A DNA stretch of 64,000 nucleotides from an uncultured bacterium (GCA_963825135.1 CAWGRW010000009.1:1952001-2016000); one strand, 5' to 3'. Shown: positions 21,573 through 31,032, counted from the first letter of the stretch. Notes: a model not told the origin generated them from the letters alone. Made by a program: numbers and translations.

Positions 21573-21824
21573 AAAATGTAGATGCCGCTGTGCTCCGGGC
21601 GCTTGTCTCTCTGTTTTCTCCTGTCTTTGATTTCGATTGGTTAAGCTTGAACGGCTTTCTCAATCCCTGACTGAAGACCAAATCCCCTTTTGCCCCCTTA
21701 GTCTTATCTTGTAGATACTTTTCGGAATTTCAGTATCATTGGGAGCTAGTTATTTTGCAGGCAAGTTGTAACTACCGGATATAGGAAGAAATTTTGAGAC
21801 ACTTTCATCCGGGTGAAATATTGA

Positions 21825-21854
21825 TTGACAGATTAATCCTTATTTTGCTAGGAT
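21825..21854 (+). promoter_or_regulatory. Putative sigma70 promoter (TTGACA-18-TAGGAT, extended TG)
   Basis: Consensus -35 and a TGn-extended -10; palindrome TTTCA-N6-TGAAA at 21803-21818 just upstream. Confidence 0.55.
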
Positions 21855-21870
21855 GAAGAGAGGTTAACTT

Positions 21871-22476
21871 ATGGGGAGGGTTCACATGAGCTCAACGACC
21901 GGTTTGATTCGCACGAAGCATTTCTTTTATGTGTTTTTTATTTCCTTGGTCACGGTTTTTTCTTCTAGCGGTTTTCTCATGGCACAGGAAGAGGAGGGCG
22001 TAGTTGAGGCGGAAGAAGCCAAGGAATCGGCCCCGCCGGCTCCCGCTGACAAGCCCGTTGAGAAGACTCCGTCGGTCCTGGCTGCGACGGACGGCGAATA
22101 TACGGACGTAAAGCTGGAAGTCACGGAGCTTAAGCGCACAAGCGGCGATACGCTTACGTTAAAGTTTACGATAATCAATGATTCGTCCGAGCAGATGAGT
22201 TTCAGCTACGACTTTGGGGAGGCAGGAAAGTACAATACCGGTGATTTTAACAGCGTAGGCGGAGTCAATTTGGTTGACGCAGCCGGCAAAAAGAAATACC
22301 TGGTGCTCCGGGATTCGGCTGGGAATTGTTTGTGCAGCCGCGGTTTAAAGGATCTTCAACCCGGGTCGCGCGCGAATCTCTATGCCAAGTTCCCCGCGCC
22401 TCCCGAGGGCGTAGAAAAGATAACCGTAGAGATACCCCATTTCATTCCGATGGATGACGTTCCTATCAGCAAGTAG
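21871..22476 (+). CDS. Exported hypothetical protein (beta-rich domain with CLC motif), partner of the OmpA-like gene
   Basis: Signal/TM segment, acidic Pro/Ala linker, then LEVTELKR...LVDAAGKKKYLVLRD...CLCS...AKFPAPP. Alternative start at 21886. Confidence 0.75.
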   Translation: MGRVHMSSTTGLIRTKHFFYVFFISLVTVFSSSGFLMAQEEEGVVEAEEAKESAPPAPADKPVEKTPSVLAATDGEYTDVKLEVTELKRTSGDTLTLKFTIINDSSEQMSFSYDFGEAGKYNTGDFNSVGGVNLVDAAGKKKYLVLRDSAGNCLCSRGLKDLQPGSRANLYAKFPAPPEGVEKITVEIPHFIPMDDVPISK

Positions 22477-22569
22477 GGAAGCCCGGTTTCGCGTGTTGAG
22501 ACCGATCTCCAGTCTGCCGTCGCTTCATAAAGGCGTGGGTTGAATTAGGTATTGTCCGGGGAGGTTCTC

Positions 22570-23133
22570 ATGACAAATTTGATTTGCTCGATAAAAAGAG
22601 GAGGCGTCCTCTTCCTGATTTCCGGCACCTTTATTTCCGCTGTCATTTTTCCGGCTGCCGCAAGGGCCCAGGTAGACTTGGAACCCCGGGTTCTGGATAT
22701 TGACTTCAGGGTCGAAAACCTGGAAGGGGAAACGCTCGACCTTGAGGTAAAGGAAACCGATACCGAGATAAGGATCGAGCTTTCGGGAGACATTCTGTTT
22801 GATTTCGATAAATGGGATATACGCCCCGCGGCCGAGCCCGTGCTCACCCAGGTTGCGGAGGTTATAAACAAATACCCCAATGCCGCCGTTTTGATAGAGG
22901 GTTATACCGATTCAAAGGGTAAAGATTCCTATAACCTCAAGCTCTCTGACAGGCGCGCCGCATCGGTAAAAGACTGGCTTATGAAAAAGGGCGGGGTCGG
23001 CAACAAAAATATAACGACAAAAGGCATGGGAGAAGCAGACCCCGTAGCCCCCAACGAAAATCCCGACGGGAGCGATAACCCGGAAGGACGGCAGAAAAAC
23101 CGGAGAGTGGAGATAACGGTGAAGAAGGAATAG
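22570..23133 (+). CDS. OmpA-like peptidoglycan-binding domain protein
   Basis: Signal peptide; DILFDFDK, IEGYTDS, YNLKLSDRRA, GRQKNRRVEI; no beta-barrel. Confidence 0.92.
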   Translation: MTNLICSIKRGGVLFLISGTFISAVIFPAAARAQVDLEPRVLDIDFRVENLEGETLDLEVKETDTEIRIELSGDILFDFDKWDIRPAAEPVLTQVAEVINKYPNAAVLIEGYTDSKGKDSYNLKLSDRRAASVKDWLMKKGGVGNKNITTKGMGEADPVAPNENPDGSDNPEGRQKNRRVEITVKKE

Positions 23134-23185
23134 TAAGAGGATATGAGTTCTATGTATGCGGATATTTCAGCCGGAATCGCCAATG

Positions 23186-23794
23186 CTAAAGATTCACTTC
23201 TATGTTTTTCTTCTTCCTCTTTCCGTAGACCATCAGCTGGTACCTGTTCTGCACGTGCAGCTTTTCGAAGATGCTGGTAATATGCGCCTTCACGGTCTTT
23301 TCCGTTATCGAAAGTTTTTCCGCGATGTCCTTGTTGCTTTCCCCTTTTGAGATTAATTTAATAATTTTGGATTCCGTCTTCGTGATCCCGGGCGCTTCCG
23401 ACAGATTGATTATCGTATCGTCGGGAACGGCTTTGCCCCCCGTCCCGGTCTTTATTATCGCTACGAGCTCGGTCGACGTCGTCTCCTGGTTGACCTCGAT
23501 CAGGTTCCCGTGACCCGCATCGGGCGCCTCTCCCTCCGTAAACTGGATGACCCTCGCTCCGGAGTTCCTTATGCTGCCCGAGCGCATGATTCTCTGAATG
23601 TCATACAGGAATTCCCTGTTGTCTATGAAAATGAAATCGGGGCTGTGCTCCCTTAGGCATTTATTCAATTCCCTTACGCCCGATCCTTCGGCCACTATCG
23701 TTATTTCTTTGTCGAATTCCAGAATCTTGCGGACGCCCTCCAGAATCAGCCTCGAATTGGATAACAACGCTACTTTTATTCTTTTATAGGTCAT
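23186..23794 (-). CDS. LuxR-family regulator with degenerate receiver-like domain
   Basis: C-terminal HTH (SNKDIAEKLSITEKTVKAHI); shortened receiver without the acidic pocket. Confidence 0.85.
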   Translation of the reverse strand: MTYKRIKVALLSNSRLILEGVRKILEFDKEITIVAEGSGVRELNKCLREHSPDFIFIDNREFLYDIQRIMRSGSIRNSGARVIQFTEGEAPDAGHGNLIEVNQETTSTELVAIIKTGTGGKAVPDDTIINLSEAPGITKTESKIIKLISKGESNKDIAEKLSITEKTVKAHITSIFEKLHVQNRYQLMVYGKRKKKNIEVNL

Positions 23795-24221
23795 GGCGCT
23801 TCACTCGACAAAAAGAAATCGCAAAAACCGTGCCGTAACGAGCGCGAATCATATAACAGCCCGCGACCCGGCTTGCATTATAGTCAAATGCCTTGTCATA
23901 TCAGCCGGTTACGCATCGTATATGACGAATTGTTTGCAGTCTCGCATTTTGAGCGCCTCTAAGCGCTTGATGATGATAAACTTGCAAACCGGACAAATTT
24001 GAGGACAATCTAACAAATTACGTCATGTTGTTCCTCACCGCGGTCTGCGTGAAATGAAGTCTCCGCCGACCGTAGCTTGTGTGGGGCGGGAATCCGCGAA
24101 CTAATATTTGCATCGGAATATATTCAGGTACAATGCGTATATTTTTTTGAGTAAAGAAAGTATCGGTTTTGTTTGTGCTTAAAATTGTGATAAATAGTTT
24201 AACAAGGGAACAGGAGGGTCA

Positions 24222-26501
24222 ATGGCTAAATCTCTTGTAATAGTAGAATCGCCCGCAAAGGCGAAGACCATCAAGAAGTTTCTCGGCAAGAGCTTCGCGG
24301 TTGAGGCTTCTTCGGGTCATCTCGTTGACCTTCCGAGCAGCAAGCTCGGCGTCGACATTGAGAACGATTTCAATCCGCAATACGTGGTCATAAAGGGCAA
24401 GAGCAAATATCTCAACCAGCTGAAGAAGGCAGCGAAAGATGCGGACACGGTCTATCTGGCGTCTGACCCCGACAGGGAAGGCGAGGCCATAGCATGGCAC
24501 ATAGCGGATAAACTCAACATAAGGAATAAATCCCGCCGTGTGCTCATACACGAAATTACCGAGAACGCGGTCAGGGACTCCATAGCGCACCCGACGTCGC
24601 TCAGCCAGGACAGGTTCGAGGCGCAGCAGGCGCGCAGGATACTCGACCGCCTCGTCGGATATCAGGTGAGCCCTATTCTCTGGAGGAAGGTCAGAAAGGG
24701 TCTCAGCGCGGGCAGGGTGCAGAGCGTCGCGCTCAGGCTCGTAGTCGACAGGGAGCGCGATATAGAGGCGTTCAAGACTGAGGAGTACTGGACGATCGAG
24801 GCCGACCTGAAAAGGGCCAAGGACACGCCTGACTCTTCTTTCACCGCGGTTCTTTCGTCTTACGACGGAGAGAAAATTGAAATAACCGACGGGACGCGTG
24901 CGAACTCCGTAGTCGATTCCGTAAAGAATGAAAAGTTCGTGGTCAATTCCGTTGAAAGGAAGGAGAGGAAAAAGAACGCCCTCCCCCCATTCATCACGAG
25001 CACGCTGCAGCAGGAGGCTTCCCGCAAGCTCAGGTTCTCCGTTAAAAAGACAATGATGCTCGCGCAGAAGCTCTATGAGGGCATCGATCTGGGCGAAGAG
25101 GGCCCGGTCGGGCTTATCTCATACATGAGGACGGACTCCGTGAGGATATCGGAGAACGCTCTCGCGGAGGCAAGGGAAATAATAAAGGCTACATACGGAG
25201 ACGAATACCTGCCGCAGAAACCGAATACGTTTAAGGTTAAGAAATCCGCGCAGGACGCGCACGAGGCGATCAGGCCCACATACGCGGGCAAGACCCCCGA
25301 TTCCGTAAAGCAGTACCTCCCCGATGACGAATTCCAGCTTTACAAGCTGATCTGGCAGAGGTTCGTCGCATCGCAGATGAACCCCGTTATCTACGACCAG
25401 ACGTCGGTCGAGATTAAGGCCGGGAGAGGCGTTTTCAGGGTCACCGGCTCGGTCGTGAAATTCCAGGGGTTCTCGGCCGTATACCTGGAGGGGATGGAAG
25501 AGGAGGAGGAGCAGAAGGAGAAGGACGAAATGAGAAAGCTCCCTGAGCTCGCGAAGGGAGACGAGCTCGACCTCCTGGGCATAGAAGGTATACAGCATTT
25601 CACGCAGCCGCCCCCGAGATTCACCGAGAGCTCGCTCGTGAAGGAGCTTGAGGAAAAGGGCGTCGGGCGGCCTTCGACCTATGCGACGATACTCTCTACC
25701 ATAATAGACCGCGAGTACGTCAGCAAAGAAAAAAGCAAGCTGAAGCCGACCCTCCTCGGCTGCTCCGTTAACGACCTCCTCGTCCAGGGTTTCCCCGAAA
25801 TAATGGACGTGCAGTTCACGGCGGACATGGAAGAGAAGCTCGACAGCGTGGAGGAAGGGAACGTAAACTGGGTCGAGCTCCTGAAGGGGTTCTACAAGGA
25901 GTTCTCTTCGAGGCTCGACAAGGCGCAGGATACGATGAAGAGCCTCAAGAGGGACGGCATCCCGACCGACATAGTATGCGACACCTGCGGCTCTCATATG
26001 ATAATAAAGTGGGGTAAGAACGGCGAGTTCCTTTCATGCTCGCGTTACCCCGAATGCAAGAACGCGAAGGCCTTCGAGTACGACCCCGAGGGCGTCATAA
26101 AAGTTGTGGAGAAAGTTCCGCCGGTAATAAGGGAAGACATCAAGTGCGACAAGTGCAGCGCCCCGATGGTGATTAAGCGGAGCAGGAGGGGCGAGTTCCT
26201 CGCCTGCACGCGTTATCCGGACTGCAAGAACGCCAAGACCTTCGAGTACGATCCCGAGGGCAATATAAAAATCATAGAGAAGGTCGAGCCCGTAATAAGG
26301 GAAGACCTCAAGTGCGAGAAGTGCGGAAAGCCGATGGCCGTGAGGAGCGGCAGGTTCGGTAAATTCCTCGGCTGCACGGGTTATCCGAAGTGCAGGAACA
26401 TAAAGGGCATCGACGAGAACGGCAACCCCGTAGACCCGAAGCAGAACGGGAAAGGCCAGGGCAGAAAGAAGAGCGGTGCGGATACTGCGATAGTAAATTG
26501 A
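24222..26501 (+). CDS. topA: DNA topoisomerase I
   Basis: VIVESPAK, DPDREGE, SAGRVQS, YMRTD, AHEAIRPT; three C4 zinc ribbons. Confidence 0.98.
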   Translation: MAKSLVIVESPAKAKTIKKFLGKSFAVEASSGHLVDLPSSKLGVDIENDFNPQYVVIKGKSKYLNQLKKAAKDADTVYLASDPDREGEAIAWHIADKLNIRNKSRRVLIHEITENAVRDSIAHPTSLSQDRFEAQQARRILDRLVGYQVSPILWRKVRKGLSAGRVQSVALRLVVDRERDIEAFKTEEYWTIEADLKRAKDTPDSSFTAVLSSYDGEKIEITDGTRANSVVDSVKNEKFVVNSVERKERKKNALPPFITSTLQQEASRKLRFSVKKTMMLAQKLYEGIDLGEEGPVGLISYMRTDSVRISENALAEAREIIKATYGDEYLPQKPNTFKVKKSAQDAHEAIRPTYAGKTPDSVKQYLPDDEFQLYKLIWQRFVASQMNPVIYDQTSVEIKAGRGVFRVTGSVVKFQGFSAVYLEGMEEEEEQKEKDEMRKLPELAKGDELDLLGIEGIQHFTQPPPRFTESSLVKELEEKGVGRPSTYATILSTIIDREYVSKEKSKLKPTLLGCSVNDLLVQGFPEIMDVQFTADMEEKLDSVEEGNVNWVELLKGFYKEFSSRLDKAQDTMKSLKRDGIPTDIVCDTCGSHMIIKWGKNGEFLSCSRYPECKNAKAFEYDPEGVIKVVEKVPPVIREDIKCDKCSAPMVIKRSRRGEFLACTRYPDCKNAKTFEYDPEGNIKIIEKVEPVIREDLKCEKCGKPMAVRSGRFGKFLGCTGYPKCRNIKGIDENGNPVDPKQNGKGQGRKKSGADTAIVN

Positions 26502-26585
26502 GAAGGTCGATACTGCAAAACAGATGGTATGCTTTATTGACACGCATGCCGTTTCGCATACTCTAAACGGCATACGGTGCGCGAC

Positions 26586-27653
26586 ATGGAGAGAAAGTCC
26601 AGGCAAATAAATATCGGCGGCATCAGGGTTGGGGGAGGCGCTCCCGTAACCGTCCAGTCGATGACGAAGACCGATACGAGGGACGTCCCCGCTACGGTCG
26701 CGCAGATTAAGGGCCTTGAGAGAGCCGGATGCGACATAGTACGCCTCGCAGTCCCCGACATGGAGGCGGCCAAAGCCCTCGGAAAGATAAAAAGGCAGAC
26801 GACGATCCCGATAGTATCGGACATACATTTCGATTACCTCCTCGCGCTCGAAGCCGTAAAGCAGGGCGTTGACGGCATGAGAATCAACCCCGGGAACATA
26901 GGCGCCAAATACAGGATAAAGGCGGTGGTCGACGCCGTTAAAGAAAGGGGGATACCCATAAGGATAGGCGTTAATTCCGGCTCCCTCGAAAAAGACATAC
27001 TCAAGAAACACGGCTCTCCCACCCCTGAGGCCCTGGCGGAAAGCGCTCTCAGGCACGTATCCATACTCGAAGACCTGGATTTCAGGGACATTAAAATTTC
27101 GGTAAAATCGACCGACGTGAGAAAGATGATAGCCGCGTACCGCATACTCGCGGAGCAGACCGACTACCCGCTCCATCTCGGAGTGACCGAGGCGGGGACG
27201 TACGATATGGGAACGATAAAGTCCTCGATCGGCATCGGCACGCTTCTGGCCGACGGCATAGGGGATACTATTCGTGTCTCCCTCACCGGGGATCCGGTGG
27301 ACGAGATAGACGTCGGTATCAAGATACTGAAATCCCTCGGCATAAGGCGAAACGGCATAGAGCTCATTTCCTGCCCCGGCTGCGGCAGGCTCGAAATCGA
27401 CCTCATGAAGCTCGTTAAGGACGTCGAGGACAGGATAGTCGGGTTCGAGCTCCCGAGACCTATAAAGGTCGCGATATTGGGCTGCGTCGTGAACGGGCCC
27501 GGGGAGGCCTCCGAGGCCGATTTAGGCATAGCCGGGGGCCGGGGCAAGGGTATGCTGTACAAGGACGGAAAGCTCGTCCGCTCCTTCAGGGAAGAAAACA
27601 TAGTGGACGAGCTCGTAAAAGAGCTCGCAACGTTCGCCGAGCCCGTGAATTGA
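26586..27653 (+). CDS. ispG: HMBPP synthase IspG
   Basis: VQSMTKTDT, RINPGNIG, LHLGVTEAG, SCPGCGR, GCVVNGPGE. Confidence 0.97.
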   Translation: MERKSRQINIGGIRVGGGAPVTVQSMTKTDTRDVPATVAQIKGLERAGCDIVRLAVPDMEAAKALGKIKRQTTIPIVSDIHFDYLLALEAVKQGVDGMRINPGNIGAKYRIKAVVDAVKERGIPIRIGVNSGSLEKDILKKHGSPTPEALAESALRHVSILEDLDFRDIKISVKSTDVRKMIAAYRILAEQTDYPLHLGVTEAGTYDMGTIKSSIGIGTLLADGIGDTIRVSLTGDPVDEIDVGIKILKSLGIRRNGIELISCPGCGRLEIDLMKLVKDVEDRIVGFELPRPIKVAILGCVVNGPGEASEADLGIAGGRGKGMLYKDGKLVRSFREENIVDELVKELATFAEPVN

Positions 27654-27707
27654 ATCTAAACCGATACGATATTTTTTAACGCCACTATTTAGCCTCAATT
27701 AAATTAC

Positions 27708-27971
27708 GGGAGCGGCCTCCAGCCGCGACACGTACACTGCTTGACTCTACGATCGTCCCGACATCTTCAAGCCAACTTATCATGTCATTTCGAGCAGCGC
27801 GAGAAATCTATGTGTTGTCTTTTCTTTTCATTCCCTCCCCCTTTTTAGGAGGGGGGAGGGTTCGGGTGGGGGTGTACTTCAATATTCCTGTCATTGCGAG
27901 CGCAGTGAAACGGAGCGCGGCAATCTTGCATTTCTCTCTCTGTCAATCCTGAATGTCTTTATCGGGAATCT
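27708..27971. repeat. Cluster of five different REP-like palindromic units
   Basis: Imperfect hairpins at 27708-27728, 27783-27809, 27833-27874, 27889-27926 and 27941-27971, separated by T-rich spacers. Confidence 0.65.
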
Positions 27972-28115
27972 AATCTTTTCTTGTTATTTCAAAACAAAGC
28001 TGAGAAATCTGTCTTTTTTTATCAATAAAAAGCCCATACCAATCCTCCGCCACATCTTTTATACTTTTTGAATGGATTATAAATTTGTTATCTTTCACAC
28101 CGGGAGTATCGGGCT

Positions 28116-29171
28116 GTGAACGCGCGGATGCCGGGCATCAAGGGCAGGGGCGCCGCGGAGAACCCCGCAAACCGGTTCGAGAAGATAGAGTACGAGCCTT
28201 CCCCGGAGGAGATAGCGGAGGGCATATCGCCAAAGACCGTTTTTTATAAGGACACGACGAGGTCCATAATCACTTATAACGACAGCCCCGATGTCGGCTT
28301 CAACTCCGGCATTAACCCTTACCGCGGATGCGAGCACGGATGCGTCTACTGTTACGCGAGGCCTACTCACGAATTTCTCGGCCTGTCGCTGGGTCTCGAT
28401 TTCGAGTCCAGGATATTCGTCAAGGAGGACGCCCCCGCTCTTTTGAGAAAAGAGCTCTCCTCTCCTAAATACGTCCCCGACACCATAGCGCTGAGCGGAA
28501 ATACCGATTGCTACCAGCCGGCGGAGCGCCGCTTCCGTCTCACGCGCGCGTGTCTCGAGGTCCTTTGCGAGTTCAGGAATCCCGCCGGTATCGTTACGAA
28601 GAACCACCTCGTCACCCGCGATATAGACTTGCTTGAACGTTTTACCGAATGGGACGGCATCGTGGTCGCGGTTTCTATAACCACTCTCGACCCCGGGCTA
28701 AGGAGAATAATGGAGCCCCGCACATCCGAGCCGCATATGAGGCTCCGGGCAATAGAGGAGCTCTCCCGAAGCGGCGTCCCGGTAATTGTTATGGCGGCCC
28801 CGGTCATCCCGGGGCTCACTGACCACGAGATTCCGAATATTATAAAGAGCGCTTCCGACGCGGGCGCCGTAAACGCCGGGTTTATTATGCTGAGGCTCCC
28901 CTACGGCGTGTCGGACCTGTTCACGGCCTGGCTGGAGAGGCACTTCCCCGATAGAAAAGAAAAGGTTCTCAACATGATAAAGTCCGTCCGGGGCGGCAAG
29001 CTCAATAGCTCCGAGTTCCACGACAGGATGAGGGGGAAGGGCATATACGCCGAGCAGGCGCGGGACCTGTTCGAGCTTGCCTGCAGGAAGGCAGGCTTCC
29101 GCGGCGCTAAATTCGATCTCTCCGCCAAACACTTCAGAAGGCCGGGCGGGAAGCAGCTTGATCTCTTCTGA
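28116..29171 (+). CDS. PA0069/Rv2578c-family radical SAM protein (SplB-related)
   Basis: GRGA..NP.NRF, INPYRGCEHGCVYCYARPTH, TDCYQPAE; ends QLDLF. Confidence 0.9.
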   Translation: MNARMPGIKGRGAAENPANRFEKIEYEPSPEEIAEGISPKTVFYKDTTRSIITYNDSPDVGFNSGINPYRGCEHGCVYCYARPTHEFLGLSLGLDFESRIFVKEDAPALLRKELSSPKYVPDTIALSGNTDCYQPAERRFRLTRACLEVLCEFRNPAGIVTKNHLVTRDIDLLERFTEWDGIVVAVSITTLDPGLRRIMEPRTSEPHMRLRAIEELSRSGVPVIVMAAPVIPGLTDHEIPNIIKSASDAGAVNAGFIMLRLPYGVSDLFTAWLERHFPDRKEKVLNMIKSVRGGKLNSSEFHDRMRGKGIYAEQARDLFELACRKAGFRGAKFDLSAKHFRRPGGKQLDLF

Positions 29172-29227
29172 GCCGGATAGCTTGTCTTAGACCCGGTCTC
29201 ACACTCTACGGTCCGAATAAGTTTCTT

Positions 29228-30664
29228 TCACTGCCCGAACGGCACTGCCGTAAGCACCTCTACCCTGATCTCCTCCGGTATGGCGTTTAAATAACCCGCG
29301 TCTATATTCTTGAACGTCTTTGTGGCCTTGGCCGGCAGGACGTCGTATATCGTTGCCTTGTTGGAAAACATCGGGGTCTCTGACTTAAAAGAATAGAACT
29401 CTATCCTGAGCTCGATTTTCGAATACGTGATTTCGCTCAGGTTCTGGAGCGTTATTTCCGAAATTTTTCCGATTGTCCCCGTAACGCCCCCTCCCCATTT
29501 TATGTCCGCCACGACTATGTCCTCTTCCGGTAGCGGGACTTCTTCTTCGTACTCGTACTCTTCCTCGCCTCCCTCTTCGCCTGCGGCTGTTTCGCCTTCT
29601 CCCGTATCGGCAGCGGCTCCCTCAGCCGTGCCTTCCCCTGTCACGGCTTCCTTCGCGGGTTCAGTCCCCTGGGTGGGCTCGGTGGTTCCCTCCGTCGTCG
29701 CGGGAATTTCCCCTCTCTCCTGTGCGAGCTTCTGTTTATATCTCTCGGACAGGGAAAGGTTTTGCTGGCTCTCCGGTATAACGCCGCCTCCCTCACCGGG
29801 GGCCGCCGTACCGTTTGCAGGGGCCGCAGTTTTCTTCTTTTTCTTCTTTACGGCTCTCTTCCCTTCCTTCTTCGCCGTCTTGACCTTAAGCTCCTTTTCC
29901 GAGATCGGCTTGGCGCTCATGACGCTTATGTCCACTTTCCTCGCGTCCGGGTGTCTGAACCCGACGTTGATATTGTTGTACGTGCGCTCACTCTTTGCAG
30001 GGAGTAAATCGTGGATTACCGCTCTGCTGGTAAACCCCCGTACTCCGACCTTGGCCCCGGGGATGCCCAGAAAATCGACCCTTATCTTAACGTCCTTCCA
30101 GTTTTCACTGCTCTTGTTTACGAGAGTAATGCTTTTTAGAATTCCTTCCGTCCCGTATTGCCCGCCGCTCCACTCCCATCCCTTGACGAGGATCAGGTCC
30201 TTTGCCTGAAACGGAGTGCCTTTCTCGATAAGGTCGGCGTTAGCCACCCGCGCCGTCGTATTTTGAAGCTCTGCGCTCATGATCCCGAAGTTGAGGTTAT
30301 AGAACGTCTTTTCGCTGCCGTGGGGGACCGTATCGTGGATGGTCGCCCTTAGAGAGCCCAGAGGTATATCAGTGCTCGTATATAGCTCCGCTTCGATGGA
30401 TATATTTTCATAGTCGTATTTCCCGATATTCTGGATCGTGATTTCCTTCATAATGGCTGGTCTGCCCATTCCGCCCGAAGCCCATTTATAATCCTTTACA
30501 ACCAGAACCCTCTTGGGCGATTCCAGGCCCTTGTCCGCCGCATTTGAGACGGGTGCGGAAATATTCGATACTACGAGCGAGAGAAGCACGTAAACCATTA
30601 TCCATGAGCGCACGTTCTGTATGAGGGCATTGACTGTATTACGTCGTGGCAAAAAGTGCATCAT
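29228..30664 (-). CDS. Exported hypothetical protein with three homologous ~110-aa beta domains and a charged low-complexity linker
   Basis: Signal/TM segment; three copies of V..(K/E)W..G..G.....IT..N...(R/K)A.I(H/Y)D..P.....T(F/Y).N...G. Confidence 0.75.
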   Translation of the reverse strand: MMHFLPRRNTVNALIQNVRSWIMVYVLLSLVVSNISAPVSNAADKGLESPKRVLVVKDYKWASGGMGRPAIMKEITIQNIGKYDYENISIEAELYTSTDIPLGSLRATIHDTVPHGSEKTFYNLNFGIMSAELQNTTARVANADLIEKGTPFQAKDLILVKGWEWSGGQYGTEGILKSITLVNKSSENWKDVKIRVDFLGIPGAKVGVRGFTSRAVIHDLLPAKSERTYNNINVGFRHPDARKVDISVMSAKPISEKELKVKTAKKEGKRAVKKKKKKTAAPANGTAAPGEGGGVIPESQQNLSLSERYKQKLAQERGEIPATTEGTTEPTQGTEPAKEAVTGEGTAEGAAADTGEGETAAGEEGGEEEYEYEEEVPLPEEDIVVADIKWGGGVTGTIGKISEITLQNLSEITYSKIELRIEFYSFKSETPMFSNKATIYDVLPAKATKTFKNIDAGYLNAIPEEIRVEVLTAVPFGQ

Positions 30665-30873
30665 ATCTCCTTAATTTAGCTCCGGGATTTGGTTAAGATT
30701 ATACATAATCGGAGTCGAAATTGTAGCTTTCAAATATAATGGGTTTTTCCGCTTGTATACAGGTTTTCATATGTTTTTCTTATTCTCGTGAGTCGGGACG
30801 GCGGAAGACTTATGGCTATATTTTTGACCCATTACAATATTAACCCTTTTTGAGTAGATTATATATAGCGCTA

Positions 30874-31032
30874 ATGCTTAAGGAATATCTAAGGATATTA
30901 CAAAAACACTCGGACGATGTATACGGAGTCGGTGCGAAGACGACCCTCTCCTTCTATACGCTGTTGTCGATCGCCTGTGTGGCGCTCCCGACATTATTCT
31001 TCCTGATACTCATCATATCGAAGCTCTTTTAA
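30874..31032 (+). CDS. Small hypothetical membrane protein (52 aa)
   Basis: Fills an otherwise empty spacer; amphipathic N-terminus plus one long hydrophobic helix. Confidence 0.5.
   Translation: MLKEYLRILQKHSDDVYGVGAKTTLSFYTLLSIACVALPTLFFLILIISKLF

Noticed and set aside
21803..21818. CGGGTGAAA shared with sites near 17614 and 63263 as a regulon motif
   Set aside because: Too short, and orientation relative to the downstream genes is inconsistent.
24000..24100. Possible structured ncRNA between the LuxR gene and topA
   Set aside because: Only short imperfect stems and no recognisable family; needs a covariance search.
25119..27176. Long antisense ORFs (292 and 380 aa) opposite topA/ispG, and similar shadow ORFs elsewhere
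   Set aside because: They mirror well-supported genes and are explained by codon bias; no protein motifs.
27700..27980. CRISPR array
   Set aside because: The units differ from each other, spacing is irregular and there are no cas genes; treated as REP-like.
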